From a virus (Duplodnaviria; Heunggongvirae; Uroviricota; Caudoviricetes), in IMG/VR virus record IMGVR_UViG_2695420676_000011: 38,652 nt of DNA; one strand, 5' to 3'. Within the stretch, counting starts at the first letter, position 1. Every line of letters starts with the position of its first letter. The translations under genes were made by a program, and so were the position numbers. Below are positions 19,663 through 28,570 of this stretch, in pieces. The notes under the pieces are model-generated. The model was not told where the DNA came from. It made no database searches and saw nothing but the letters and a program-made list of their open reading frames with translations.

Positions 19663-19757
19663 GCTGCTTTCTCCTGAAATAGAGGGCGGTGGACGGGGTT
19701 TTGATGTGGCAGTGCCTTTCGCCACCCCGTGCCGCCCGTGCGCGGGGGCACGTTCTG

Positions 19758-20408
19758 TCAGCGGCTGTCATTGCGCAGTCTGCGCTCCAGCTGCTGTTTG
19801 TCTTTTTTCACGCCACAGCGGGGATCGAGCTGTAACGCATGGTTGAGATGATTAAGGGCAGACGCCGGATTGCCTTCACTCAGGACCGCGCCAATCGCTT
19901 TATGCAGACGCGCCCGTGACTGATCCGGCATATCCAGACCGTCTGTCAGCTCCAGCGTCTGCAGCAACAGATCGGCATCAAAGCCGGTGGCAGCAAGCAT
20001 TGCGCTCTGCGCCGCGTCTGCCATTTCCTCTGCCAGCACGGTCTGCACGTTGCGGTTACCCAGCGGCATCACCCAGCCATGACGCAGGGCATGACGCCCG
20101 ATCTCCAGCGCCCCGGCATAATCTCCGGCATCAATGCGCCACAGCATCACGTACATCAGCACGTCATCCTGTTGAGCGCCTCCGGCAGCCAGAACGCCCT
20201 CCGCCCAGGCGGCATATTTCGGCAGCAGCTCCACCTTTATTTCCGCTTTTTTCACCGTGGACTGAACGCCCTTGAGACGGCGGCGGTCTTCCGCCAGTTG
20301 CAGCAGCATCAGGTCATAGCCCGACGCGTGGCGAACACTGCCGCCCTCACGGGCGGCCTGTTCAGCCTGAACGCGCAGGCGATGCTGCCGTGCGGGACTC
20401 AGGCTCAT
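19758..20408 (-). CDS. M: Terminase endonuclease/small subunit gpM
   Basis: 216-aa ORF immediately downstream of the capsid gene, as in P2. Confidence 0.75.
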   Translation of the reverse strand: MSLSPARQHRLRVQAEQAAREGGSVRHASGYDLMLLQLAEDRRRLKGVQSTVKKAEIKVELLPKYAAWAEGVLAAGGAQQDDVLMYVMLWRIDAGDYAGALEIGRHALRHGWVMPLGNRNVQTVLAEEMADAAQSAMLAATGFDADLLLQTLELTDGLDMPDQSRARLHKAIGAVLSEGNPASALNHLNHALQLDPRCGVKKDKQQLERRLRNDSR

Positions 20409-20411
20409 GGA

Positions 20412-21470
20412 TTACGCTCCGGTTTCTGCTGCGGCGGCGCTGAAGTCGCCAATCTGGATGTTTTCCACCAGTGCGGCGCAGCGGTAGTCCTCAACCACAT
20501 AGGCTTCGTTAACGGATTCAAAATTTTCAATCCGGTCACGTTTCGGGTTGTCGATAACTGAACGGCGGCGGGTGTCTTCCTGCCAGTAGATGGACAGGTT
20601 ATCCAGACGGGTGATTAGCAACGCATTCGGCGGGAAGAACGGCGCACGCACGGCCTGCAGGCCACCCATGCGTTTCTGACTGATGATCATATCGGCAGCG
20701 AGTTTTTCACTGTTTTCCTGCTCTTTGTTGACCAGCGGGAAATACTTGTCAGACAGCAGTTCACGACCGCAAATCACCACCAGATCGTCATCGTCCTGGT
20801 AGACCACGTCGATAAGCTCATTAACGGCATCCATCACCACGGCGTCCAGGTTGGCATATTCGCCACCTTTACCGACTTTCACCGCGCCCGGTGTGGTTTC
20901 ACCGCCCGTGGTGGTGCTGCCCATGACGTGATCCGGTGCATCCTCACGGATTTTCTGCAGCCAGCCTTTATTCACATCCTGCAGCAGCGGGTTTTCGCTA
21001 CGGTTGGAGGTTTTCGCACGCTTCACGCCGTTAAAGCCGATCATGATGCGGTCCAGTGCCTGACGTTTCACGATGGCGTTACGGATACGCACCTGGAAAT
21101 CCTGAAACTTCGCCCACAGGTCCAGCTTCGCGTAGGTCAGCACCGTGTCAAAGTTAGTCTGCTCGCATTTATATTCCACATCGACCATCAGCGTCGGATC
21201 GACAGGCTCACGCTCTTTCGCGGTGGTATCAGTGGTTCCGGCAATGGTGCTGCCAACACCCAATCCAAGCAGCTGACCGGACTGCTCAGTCACTGGCGTA
21301 ACGTTAATCAGCGTCAGGAATGCGGCGGACTGCTGGATCTGGTCTTCCAGCGTCTGCTGTACAGACGGCTCTACGGTGAATTTGCTGGACAGTTCTTCAA
21401 CTGCCACACCGTTCAGACGCGCCAGCTGCTGCAGGTAAGCGTTAAAAGCAAAGCGGGTATTCTTCTTCAT
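20412..21470 (-). CDS. N: Major capsid protein gpN
   Basis: 352-aa product starting MKKNTRFAFNAYLQQLARLNG, resembling the P2 gpN N-terminus. Confidence 0.9.
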   Translation of the reverse strand: MKKNTRFAFNAYLQQLARLNGVAVEELSSKFTVEPSVQQTLEDQIQQSAAFLTLINVTPVTEQSGQLLGLGVGSTIAGTTDTTAKEREPVDPTLMVDVEYKCEQTNFDTVLTYAKLDLWAKFQDFQVRIRNAIVKRQALDRIMIGFNGVKRAKTSNRSENPLLQDVNKGWLQKIREDAPDHVMGSTTTGGETTPGAVKVGKGGEYANLDAVVMDAVNELIDVVYQDDDDLVVICGRELLSDKYFPLVNKEQENSEKLAADMIISQKRMGGLQAVRAPFFPPNALLITRLDNLSIYWQEDTRRRSVIDNPKRDRIENFESVNEAYVVEDYRCAALVENIQIGDFSAAAAETGA

Positions 21471-21486
21471 CAGGTTTTGTGCTCCA

Positions 21487-22299
21487 TCAGCAATTGGTCA
21501 GAGTGTCAGCGGGGGCGTTACCGCCTGTTGCACGTTGGCGGTAGTCCTGGCGGCTGTCTTCATGACTCAGCTTATTCACCAGTTCGTTAAAGGCGGTCTG
21601 CTGTGCCTGCAGGGCAGTCTCCAGCTCAGACAGGGATTTTTCGGTACGCACACTCAGGTTTTGCTGCTCAGTGGCGACCAGCTCCACGGCCTTATGCACA
21701 TCAGAGAACCGGGCGTCATCGGACTGCTCTTTTTTGGTAAACAGCGCCGTGACACGGGCAAACAGGGACGGTTTGTCCTCCTGGATTTCTTCCAGTTCGA
21801 TCACCGTTTCCTCTGCAGCGGTAAAAAGATTGGCGGGATTCTGCTTGCGGTTTGCCAGCGGGTTATGGGCTGCACTGGCGCTGAATGTCAGCATTTCCGT
21901 ACCCAGACTGGCAGGGTCATCAGTGGCAGCCAGGCCGACCAGGTAGGCTTTGCCCGTATCAGCAAACTTCGGGCTGACTTCCATAGAGGTGAATAATTTC
22001 TGGCCTTTTTTCACCAGTTCCACCAGGGACTCCGTTGGCTCAACGTCGGCATACAGCGCCATCTTGCCTGCCAGCGGACCTTCCGTGATTTCTTCAGCAA
22101 ACAGCGCCGTCACCTTGCCGTAGCGGTTAAAGGTGCTGTCCGGCAGATAAGACTTGATGTGCTCAAGGTTAATCAGCGCGGTATACACCGCCGGGTTGTA
22201 GCTGGCTGCCATCTGTTCCAGCCATTCACGCTGGATTTCGCGTCCGTCGGTGGTGGCACCTTCCACCCCGATGCGAAAACGCTTTGTTTTCACTGTCAT
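21487..22299 (-). CDS. O: Capsid scaffolding protein gpO
   Basis: 270-aa product with the FRIGVEGATTDGREI N-terminus typical of P2 gpO. Confidence 0.85.
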   Translation of the reverse strand: MTVKTKRFRIGVEGATTDGREIQREWLEQMAASYNPAVYTALINLEHIKSYLPDSTFNRYGKVTALFAEEITEGPLAGKMALYADVEPTESLVELVKKGQKLFTSMEVSPKFADTGKAYLVGLAATDDPASLGTEMLTFSASAAHNPLANRKQNPANLFTAAEETVIELEEIQEDKPSLFARVTALFTKKEQSDDARFSDVHKAVELVATEQQNLSVRTEKSLSELETALQAQQTAFNELVNKLSHEDSRQDYRQRATGGNAPADTLTNC

Positions 22300-22377
22300 G
22301 AGCCGTGCTCCGTTAGAAAAAACTTACTGGAGCCTTATGGTTGCGGTGATGGGGGCAGTGAAACAATGCGCGGTATT

Positions 22378-22395
22378 TGTACCGACAACCACACA
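22378..22395. promoter_or_regulatory. Candidate Ogr-dependent late promoter element (TGT-N12-ACA) in the divergent O/P region
   Basis: TGTaccgacaaccacACA dyad in the 142-bp gap between the O and P start codons. Confidence 0.5.
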
Positions 22396-22441
22396 AACCG
22401 CAGGCGGGGAAAGCCGTCATTCAAGGCTGTAGGTTTGTGCC

Positions 22442-24208
22442 ATGAACACCACACTGACACCCGCAGATCTCGATCCCCGTCGGCAGGCCATGCTGCTGTA
22501 CTTTCAGGGATACCGCGTAGCCCGCATTGCTGAAATGCTGGGCGAGAAAGTTGCAACCGTTCACAGCTGGAAAAAACGCGACAAGTGGGGTGACTATGGG
22601 CCGCTGGATCAGATGCAGCTCACCACCGCCGCACGCTACTGCCAGCTCATTATGAAGGAGCACAAAGAAGGGAAAGATTTCAAAGAAATTGACCTGCTGG
22701 CGCGCCAGTCGGAGCGCCACGCGCGCATCGGCAAGTTTAACAATGGCGGTAACGAAGCCGACTTAAACCCTAACGTCGCCAACCGCAACAAAGGCCCGCG
22801 CCGTCAGCCGGAAAAGAACGTTTTCACCGATGAACAAATTGAGAAGCTGGAAGAAATCTTCCACTCCTCCATGTTCAACTACCAGCGCCACTGGTGGGAA
22901 GCCGGAAAAACCAACCGCATCCGCAACCTGCTGAAGTCACGCCAGATCGGCGCGACCTTTTACTTTGCCCGTGAAGCCCTGATTGACGCCCTGCTGACCG
23001 GACGTAACCAGATTTTCCTTTCCGCCAGTAAGGCACAGGCCCACGTCTTTAAGCAGTACATCATCGACTTCGCCAAAGAAGTGGAGGTGGAGCTGAAAGG
23101 CGATCCGATGGTGCTTCCTAACGGGGCCACGCTTTACTTCCTCGGCACCAATGCCCGCACAGCCCAGAGTTATCACGGTAACCTGTATCTGGATGAATAT
23201 TTCTGGATACCGAAATTCCAGGAGCTGCGCAAAGTGGCTTCCGGTATGGCTATTCACAAAAAATGGCGACAAACCTATTTTTCCACGCCATCCAGCCTGA
23301 CCCACAGTGCTTATCCGTTCTGGTCCGGTGCGCTGTTCAACCGTGGACGCAACAAAGCCGACAAGGTGGACATCGACCTGTCCCACAGCAATCTGGCCCC
23401 CGGCCTGCTGTGCGCAGACGGGCAGTACCGCCAGATAGTCACTGTGGAAGATGCGGTGCGCGGCGGCTGCAACTTGTTCGACCTCGACCAGTTACGCATG
23501 GAATACAGCCCGGATGAATACCAGAACCTGCTGATGTGTGAGTTCGTGGACGATCTCGCGTCCGTGTTCCCGCTCAGCGAGCTGCAGGGGTGCATGGTGG
23601 ACAGCTGGGAAGTCTGGACCGACTTTCATGCACTGGCGCTGCGCCCGTTTGGCTGGCGCGAAGTGTGGATCGGTTATGACCCGGCAAAAGGTACGCAAAA
23701 CGGCGACAGCGCCGGGTGCGTGGTGGTGGCACCGCCAGCCGTGCCGGGCGGTAAGTTCCGCATTCTTGAGCGTCACCAGTGGCGCGGAATGGACTTCCGC
23801 GCCCAGGCTGACGCCATCAAAAAACTGACCGAGCAGTACAACGTGACCTATATCGGCATTGACTCGACAGGCGTCGGTCACGGGGTTTATGAGAACGTGA
23901 AAGCGTTCTTTCCTGCCGTCCGGGAGTTTGTCTACAACCCCAACGTTAAAAACGCTCTGGTACTCAAGGCCTACGACATTATCAGCCACCGCCGTCTGGA
24001 GTTTGACGCCGGACACACCGACATAGCGCAGTCATTTATGGCAATCCGTCGCGCCACCACCGCCAGTGGCAACCGCCCGACCTATGAAGCCAGCCGCAGC
24101 GAAGAAGCCAGCCACGCCGATCTGGCCTGGGCAACAATGCACGCACTGTTTAACGAACCACTGCAAGGCGAGTCCGCCAATACCAGTAATATTGTGGAGA
24201 TTTTTTGA
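22442..24208 (+). CDS. P: Terminase large (ATPase) subunit gpP
   Basis: 588-aa ORF divergent from O and followed by the portal gene, as in P2. Confidence 0.9.
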   Translation: MNTTLTPADLDPRRQAMLLYFQGYRVARIAEMLGEKVATVHSWKKRDKWGDYGPLDQMQLTTAARYCQLIMKEHKEGKDFKEIDLLARQSERHARIGKFNNGGNEADLNPNVANRNKGPRRQPEKNVFTDEQIEKLEEIFHSSMFNYQRHWWEAGKTNRIRNLLKSRQIGATFYFAREALIDALLTGRNQIFLSASKAQAHVFKQYIIDFAKEVEVELKGDPMVLPNGATLYFLGTNARTAQSYHGNLYLDEYFWIPKFQELRKVASGMAIHKKWRQTYFSTPSSLTHSAYPFWSGALFNRGRNKADKVDIDLSHSNLAPGLLCADGQYRQIVTVEDAVRGGCNLFDLDQLRMEYSPDEYQNLLMCEFVDDLASVFPLSELQGCMVDSWEVWTDFHALALRPFGWREVWIGYDPAKGTQNGDSAGCVVVAPPAVPGGKFRILERHQWRGMDFRAQADAIKKLTEQYNVTYIGIDSTGVGHGVYENVKAFFPAVREFVYNPNVKNALVLKAYDIISHRRLEFDAGHTDIAQSFMAIRRATTASGNRPTYEASRSEEASHADLAWATMHALFNEPLQGESANTSNIVEIF

Positions 24209-25245
24209 TGGGAAAGCGTAAGAAAAACCGCGCAGCGGCGATGAATCAGATCCAGCATAAAAGCCAGACTTCAGCCGAAGCATTCAGCTTCGGCGATCCC
24301 GTTCCTGTTCTGGACCGCCGCGAATTACTGGACTATGTGGAATGCGTACAGATGGACCGCTGGTATGAGCCACCAGTGAGTTTCGACGGACTGGCGCGAA
24401 CCTTCCGCGCCGCCGTGCATCATAGCTCACCGATTGCGGTGAAATGCAACATTCTGACCAGCACCTACATCCCTCACCCGCTGCTCAGCCAGCAGGCTTT
24501 TTCACGTTTTGTGCAGGACTATCTGGTATTTGGTAACGCCTACCTGGAGAAACGCACGAACCGGTTCGGTGAAATTATCGCCCTTGAGCCTGCGCTGGCA
24601 AAATACACCCGACGCGGGTTAGACCTGGATACCTACTGGTTTGTGCAATACGGTATGACAACCCAGCCGTATCAGTTCACGAAAGGCAGCATCTTTCATC
24701 TGATGGAACCCGATATCAACCAGGAGATCTACGGCCTGCCCGGCTATCTTTCTGCCATTCCGTCAGCCCTGCTCAACGAGTCCGCCACGCTGTTCCGACG
24801 CAAATATTATATTAATGGCAGCCATGCAGGATTCATAATGTACATGACCGATGCCGCTCAGAACCAGGAGGATGTGAACAACCTCCGCAACGCGATGAAA
24901 AGCGCCAAAGGTCCGGGCAACTTCCGCAACCTGTTTATGTACTCGCCTAACGGCAAAAAGGACGGGCTTCAGATCATCCCGCTGTCAGAAGTGGCGGCAA
25001 AGGATGAGTTTCTGAACATCAAGAACGTAAGCCGGGACGACATGATGGCGGCGCATCGTGTGCCGCCGCAAATGATGGGGATTATGCCGAATAATGTTGG
25101 GGGGTTTGGGGATGTGGAGAAGGCAAGCCGTGTATTCGTCCGAAATGAGCTAATGCCACTACAAAAGCGATTACAGGAGATGAATGATTGGCTTGGCAAG
25201 GAGGCGATACAGTTTAATACCTACTCGCTAGATATAGTCCCATAA
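24205..25245 (+). CDS. Q: Portal protein gpQ
   Basis: 346-aa ORF with 4-bp overlap with P. Confidence 0.9.
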   Translation: MMGKRKKNRAAAMNQIQHKSQTSAEAFSFGDPVPVLDRRELLDYVECVQMDRWYEPPVSFDGLARTFRAAVHHSSPIAVKCNILTSTYIPHPLLSQQAFSRFVQDYLVFGNAYLEKRTNRFGEIIALEPALAKYTRRGLDLDTYWFVQYGMTTQPYQFTKGSIFHLMEPDINQEIYGLPGYLSAIPSALLNESATLFRRKYYINGSHAGFIMYMTDAAQNQEDVNNLRNAMKSAKGPGNFRNLFMYSPNGKKDGLQIIPLSEVAAKDEFLNIKNVSRDDMMAAHRVPPQMMGIMPNNVGGFGDVEKASRVFVRNELMPLQKRLQEMNDWLGKEAIQFNTYSLDIVP

Positions 25246-25249
25246 TAAG

Positions 25250-25273
25250 AAAAGCCACCGTTTGGTGGCTTTT
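25250..25273. terminator. Bidirectional rho-independent terminator between Q and the HIRAN-domain gene
   Basis: aaaagccacc-gttt-ggtggctttt: GC stem flanked by A-run and T-run, between convergent genes. Confidence 0.6.
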
Positions 25274-25279
25274 CTTCAT

Positions 25280-26020
25280 TTACTCAATAGGTTCAAACTC
25301 ATCCTGAGGAATCAGCGTCGATTGACAGGCTTGGCTTAGTACTCCTGATAATTTACATAATAACCGATAGTTATGAGGAGCATCATCGCTAATCTTTTCG
25401 ACCGTTAAAGTGATTGATTTTGGATCATCCAATAACATCTTCTTGATATCATTACTTAAATACCTAGGGCAGTAACCAACGATTTCAGCTGGTTTATCTG
25501 CACGAACGACAACAGCATCCCCATCGTATTCATTTTGAAGATCCAAGCAAAGACGCAAAATTTGCCCCGGTTTCAATTCAGATACACGAGCATTAGCTAA
25601 GCTATTTAAGTAACCAAGTCCATGTAAGAAGAAAAAATGCTCAAAGTTACCATCAGAATCAACATCAATTTTTTTGAAAATCTGCAGCTGATCAGTGCTT
25701 CGTAAGCCTCCCGAGCGAGCAAGAATATCGATAGGATTTACCTTATCTTCTTCAAATCCAAGCCATTTAATGAAACTCGGATACTCTGGACGTCTCGGTG
25801 ATAAAAGGCGATTTTTAAAAAGAGGAAACAATTCTTCCGAAACATAAGTTTCACGAACATCACTCATGCCGCTAAACTTTGTAAATTTAGTAGATTTGAG
25901 AGCACCTTTGGTATACCTGAAAACATACCCCGATTTGCGCTCTTGCAAGTTACCAACAACATGCCAGTCTCTGGTATCTGGTGCCTGCCATGCGACGTAA
26001 ACGGAGTTTGTATTAGTCAT
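25280..26020 (-). CDS. HIRAN-domain protein, putative partner of the HipA-like kinase
   Basis: 246-aa ORF overlapping the upstream kinase gene by 4 bp; C-terminal ~100 aa resemble a HIRAN domain (ILRLCLDLQNEYDGDAVVVRAD...EIVGYCPRYLSNDIKKML); AT-rich. Confidence 0.55.
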   Translation of the reverse strand: MTNTNSVYVAWQAPDTRDWHVVGNLQERKSGYVFRYTKGALKSTKFTKFSGMSDVRETYVSEELFPLFKNRLLSPRRPEYPSFIKWLGFEEDKVNPIDILARSGGLRSTDQLQIFKKIDVDSDGNFEHFFFLHGLGYLNSLANARVSELKPGQILRLCLDLQNEYDGDAVVVRADKPAEIVGYCPRYLSNDIKKMLLDDPKSITLTVEKISDDAPHNYRLLCKLSGVLSQACQSTLIPQDEFEPIE

Positions 26021-26931
26021 TCTAGTAACCTTCTGCGATTTTCCATTACCATTAACGTTGCAAATCTACGTGCGCTGTCGGATATACACGATGAAGGCAC
26101 TTGGTTAAACACATCTGTAATGGAATCTTCTGTTAAAACGCTCAACTTACCTAACCAATGGTCGCGAGCGGCAACTCTCCCTTCAACTGCATGTTGAAAT
26201 GCTTCAACGGTCAGCAAGGGCTTTTTATCAGTTTTTGCTTTGAATAGCTCAGAGCGAGCTTTTCTTACAAAACATGGGATTTGTCGATTTTTATCTTTAG
26301 TATTAAGCCGTTCGTTACGCTCATCATCTAACATCTCCCTTCCTAAACTAGCGGCATGATCGTATGTTGGACACAAAAACTGCTCACCAGTTTCATTGTT
26401 AAGCATGATCGCCCAATTTTCATGATGGCGATCTTGATTACTCACAAGTGCATCGAGCATCAAATATCCACAAAATACATCTGCTGCATTTAGCCCGGTT
26501 AGATCATATACACTCGGAGGAGGCTTGATAGATTCCCTATCTAAACAACCCAATACCCTTGTGACAGTGTGTTCTCTGACCCTTACCGGCTTTTCCCCGG
26601 CTTGTAAAGGCCCAGGATAATCGAATGTCGAACTGTGAAGCACTTCATTTCCCATTACCATCCGGAAACCAGATGGAATGATATTCTGAGTCACCACACC
26701 GAATCGACCATTGTATCGCGCCAAATCATAGCTAGCATGTGGAATGTTAAGCAAATGACATAACTCAGCAGCACACTTTTCAGACCAATGCTCGCCAGTA
26801 CCTGGCCTAGAGTACTTAAACAACTGCAAATTTACAGTGTCATCGGAGAAATAGAACCAAAACTTCTCTTTGGTTCCTAACTGTTCAAGATCGTTAGCTA
26901 CGGGGCTAAGCTCTACCAATTGGTATGGCAT
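26017..26931 (-). CDS. HipA-like serine/threonine kinase (kinase core only)
   Basis: 304-aa product with a HipA-type catalytic loop VSNQDRHHENWAI and downstream CPTYDHAASLG; AT-rich; first gene of a two-gene operon. Confidence 0.6.
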   Translation of the reverse strand: MPYQLVELSPVANDLEQLGTKEKFWFYFSDDTVNLQLFKYSRPGTGEHWSEKCAAELCHLLNIPHASYDLARYNGRFGVVTQNIIPSGFRMVMGNEVLHSSTFDYPGPLQAGEKPVRVREHTVTRVLGCLDRESIKPPPSVYDLTGLNAADVFCGYLMLDALVSNQDRHHENWAIMLNNETGEQFLCPTYDHAASLGREMLDDERNERLNTKDKNRQIPCFVRKARSELFKAKTDKKPLLTVEAFQHAVEGRVAARDHWLGKLSVLTEDSITDVFNQVPSSCISDSARRFATLMVMENRRRLLE

Positions 26932-27083
26932 CTGACATCCCTGTTTAGCGGATTATGAATAAGTTAGGTTCCATTTTATCCAAACATTGTCAAATACTCT
27001 AAGATTTATTAGATGATAGAGCGATACTGTATGCATGTCCAGCAATCAAATCAATATATAACTCTTATATGACTTAGCGCGCG

Positions 27084-27102
27084 CTCGTATCCCCGCCACG
27101 CC
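27084..27102 (-). other. Candidate cos (cohesive-end) site of the prophage
   Basis: Minus strand reads GGCGTGGCGGGGATACGAG; the first 13 nt match the P2/186 cohesive end as I recall it; isolated GC-rich island in an AT-rich intergenic region in the expected Q-to-A interval. Confidence 0.3.
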
Positions 27103-27526
27103 TGCCCGCTTTATGTAGTGGTTTTCATGCACCTGCATGACATAAGCAAAAGCACGCCAGTTCTGGCTGACTTCAGCAAAAACGATCCTCAAACGATCAT
27201 GCGATCTCATGCGTCATAGTCATGCGCTGCCAAGGGAAGCGTAAATCCGTATCTGAATGACTGCTGAAAAGCGAATCATACGGGTTTACAAAGATGAAAG
27301 TTCGCTGTGAGCGAGAAGCGAACCTTGCAACTTTGTTGGCACAGTTTTAACACCAATTTTTTGAGGATAGCTAGAAAACTTGTGGCATAAAGGATCAGTT
27401 TCCCGATCGAACTTTTTATCAAGAAGGGCTCATAGCAATCGCCAGAAGAAGTGATGTTAAAGTATTGAGCTCGGCGTTAAGATTAAATAAATTACAGACT
27501 AATCCAATGTTTTGTGGAAGGATAAG

Positions 27527-28570
27527 ATGGCAGTCAAGCGCGCATACTACGGTAACGATAGTGACCGAGACTACTTAGAGCGGATATTTCAGTCAGCTAA
27601 CATTAACTTTCTCATCGGATCAGGTGCATCCCTCCCAGCGATTAAAGTACTGGGGACAATCGAAACGGATCTTCAGCAGCTTATTAATGATGAACAGGAA
27701 GATGAATACTTAAGGATGGCAGCTGACTTTTTGTCAGATGTTTGGCTACCTCATGAATGCATGTTGAAGCGCGGCTACGGCACCCCCTTCGCACCTCAGG
27801 TGATCACCGATTTGGAATGTACCCGTGCAAATTATGATGCATTTATGTCTTCACTGGAAAAGATACTGACCCGCCGCCGAACTGGCCTACTTCCGAGGCG
27901 TATTAACGTTTTTACAACTAATTATGATTTATTCATCGAAGAAGCTGCCACACGTAATAACAATATTCTTTTTAATGATGGATTCAATAGAAGAGCAAGT
28001 ATTTTGGGAGATGCGGAATTTGATGCGGGTAGCTTTAATCATTCTGTAAGTGCAACCGGAAATCTGTATAATTATAAAGTTGAGCTTCCTACTGTTAACC
28101 TTATAAAACTTCATGGTTCGCTCTCTTGGCAGCATTCTAAAGGGAAAATCATTTATCGTATTGCAGATATTAAGCCGCTTGACTTTCCCACCCTAGCCGA
28201 AATGAAAGGATGGGTACTTGCTCATGCACTTATTCTTCCACGTAAGGAGAAGTTTAAAGAGACTCTACTACAGAACGTTTATTATGATTTACTGAGAACC
28301 TATTCCAACGAGCTTGATAAAGAAGCAACTTTACTAATTGTCTTTGGGTTCTCGTTTGCTGATGAGCACATTGAAACGATAACTAAAAAAGCCCTGCGCA
28401 ACGCCACCCTGAAGCTACTGATCTTTGCTTTCGATGAGGCCAGTGTTAACGGCTTTATGGAGAAATTTCGGGATTACTCAAACGTAGAGATTATTTATCG
28501 GCCGGGAAGAAATGTTGATTTTCCGGTAATGAATAACATTATCACGTGCTATCTGGGAGGCTCGAGATGA
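27527..28570 (+). CDS. SIR2-family NADase of a SIR2-HerA anti-phage system
   Basis: SIR2-like motifs NFLIGSGAS, TTNYD and KLHGS; ATG at 27527 with RBS (ORF track start 27512 is TTG); stop overlaps the HerA start (ATGA). Confidence 0.8.
   Translation: MAVKRAYYGNDSDRDYLERIFQSANINFLIGSGASLPAIKVLGTIETDLQQLINDEQEDEYLRMAADFLSDVWLPHECMLKRGYGTPFAPQVITDLECTRANYDAFMSSLEKILTRRRTGLLPRRINVFTTNYDLFIEEAATRNNNILFNDGFNRRASILGDAEFDAGSFNHSVSATGNLYNYKVELPTVNLIKLHGSLSWQHSKGKIIYRIADIKPLDFPTLAEMKGWVLAHALILPRKEKFKETLLQNVYYDLLRTYSNELDKEATLLIVFGFSFADEHIETITKKALRNATLKLLIFAFDEASVNGFMEKFRDYSNVEIIYRPGRNVDFPVMNNIITCYLGGSR

Noticed and set aside
22397-22415. Second cos-like motif (aGGCGGGGAAAGC, 13 contiguous matches to the remembered P2 cohesive end) between O and P
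   Set aside because: It lies in the divergent late-promoter region, not where cos sits in P2-family genomes, and the flanking positions do not match. It weakens confidence in the cos call at 27084-27102.
27027-27042. LexA-like CTG-N10-CAG sequence (tACTGtatgcatgtcCAGca) upstream of the HipA-like operon
   Set aside because: Only the minimal CTG...CAG pattern is present, with a GC-containing spacer and imperfect half-sites; this pattern is expected several times by chance in a window of this size.
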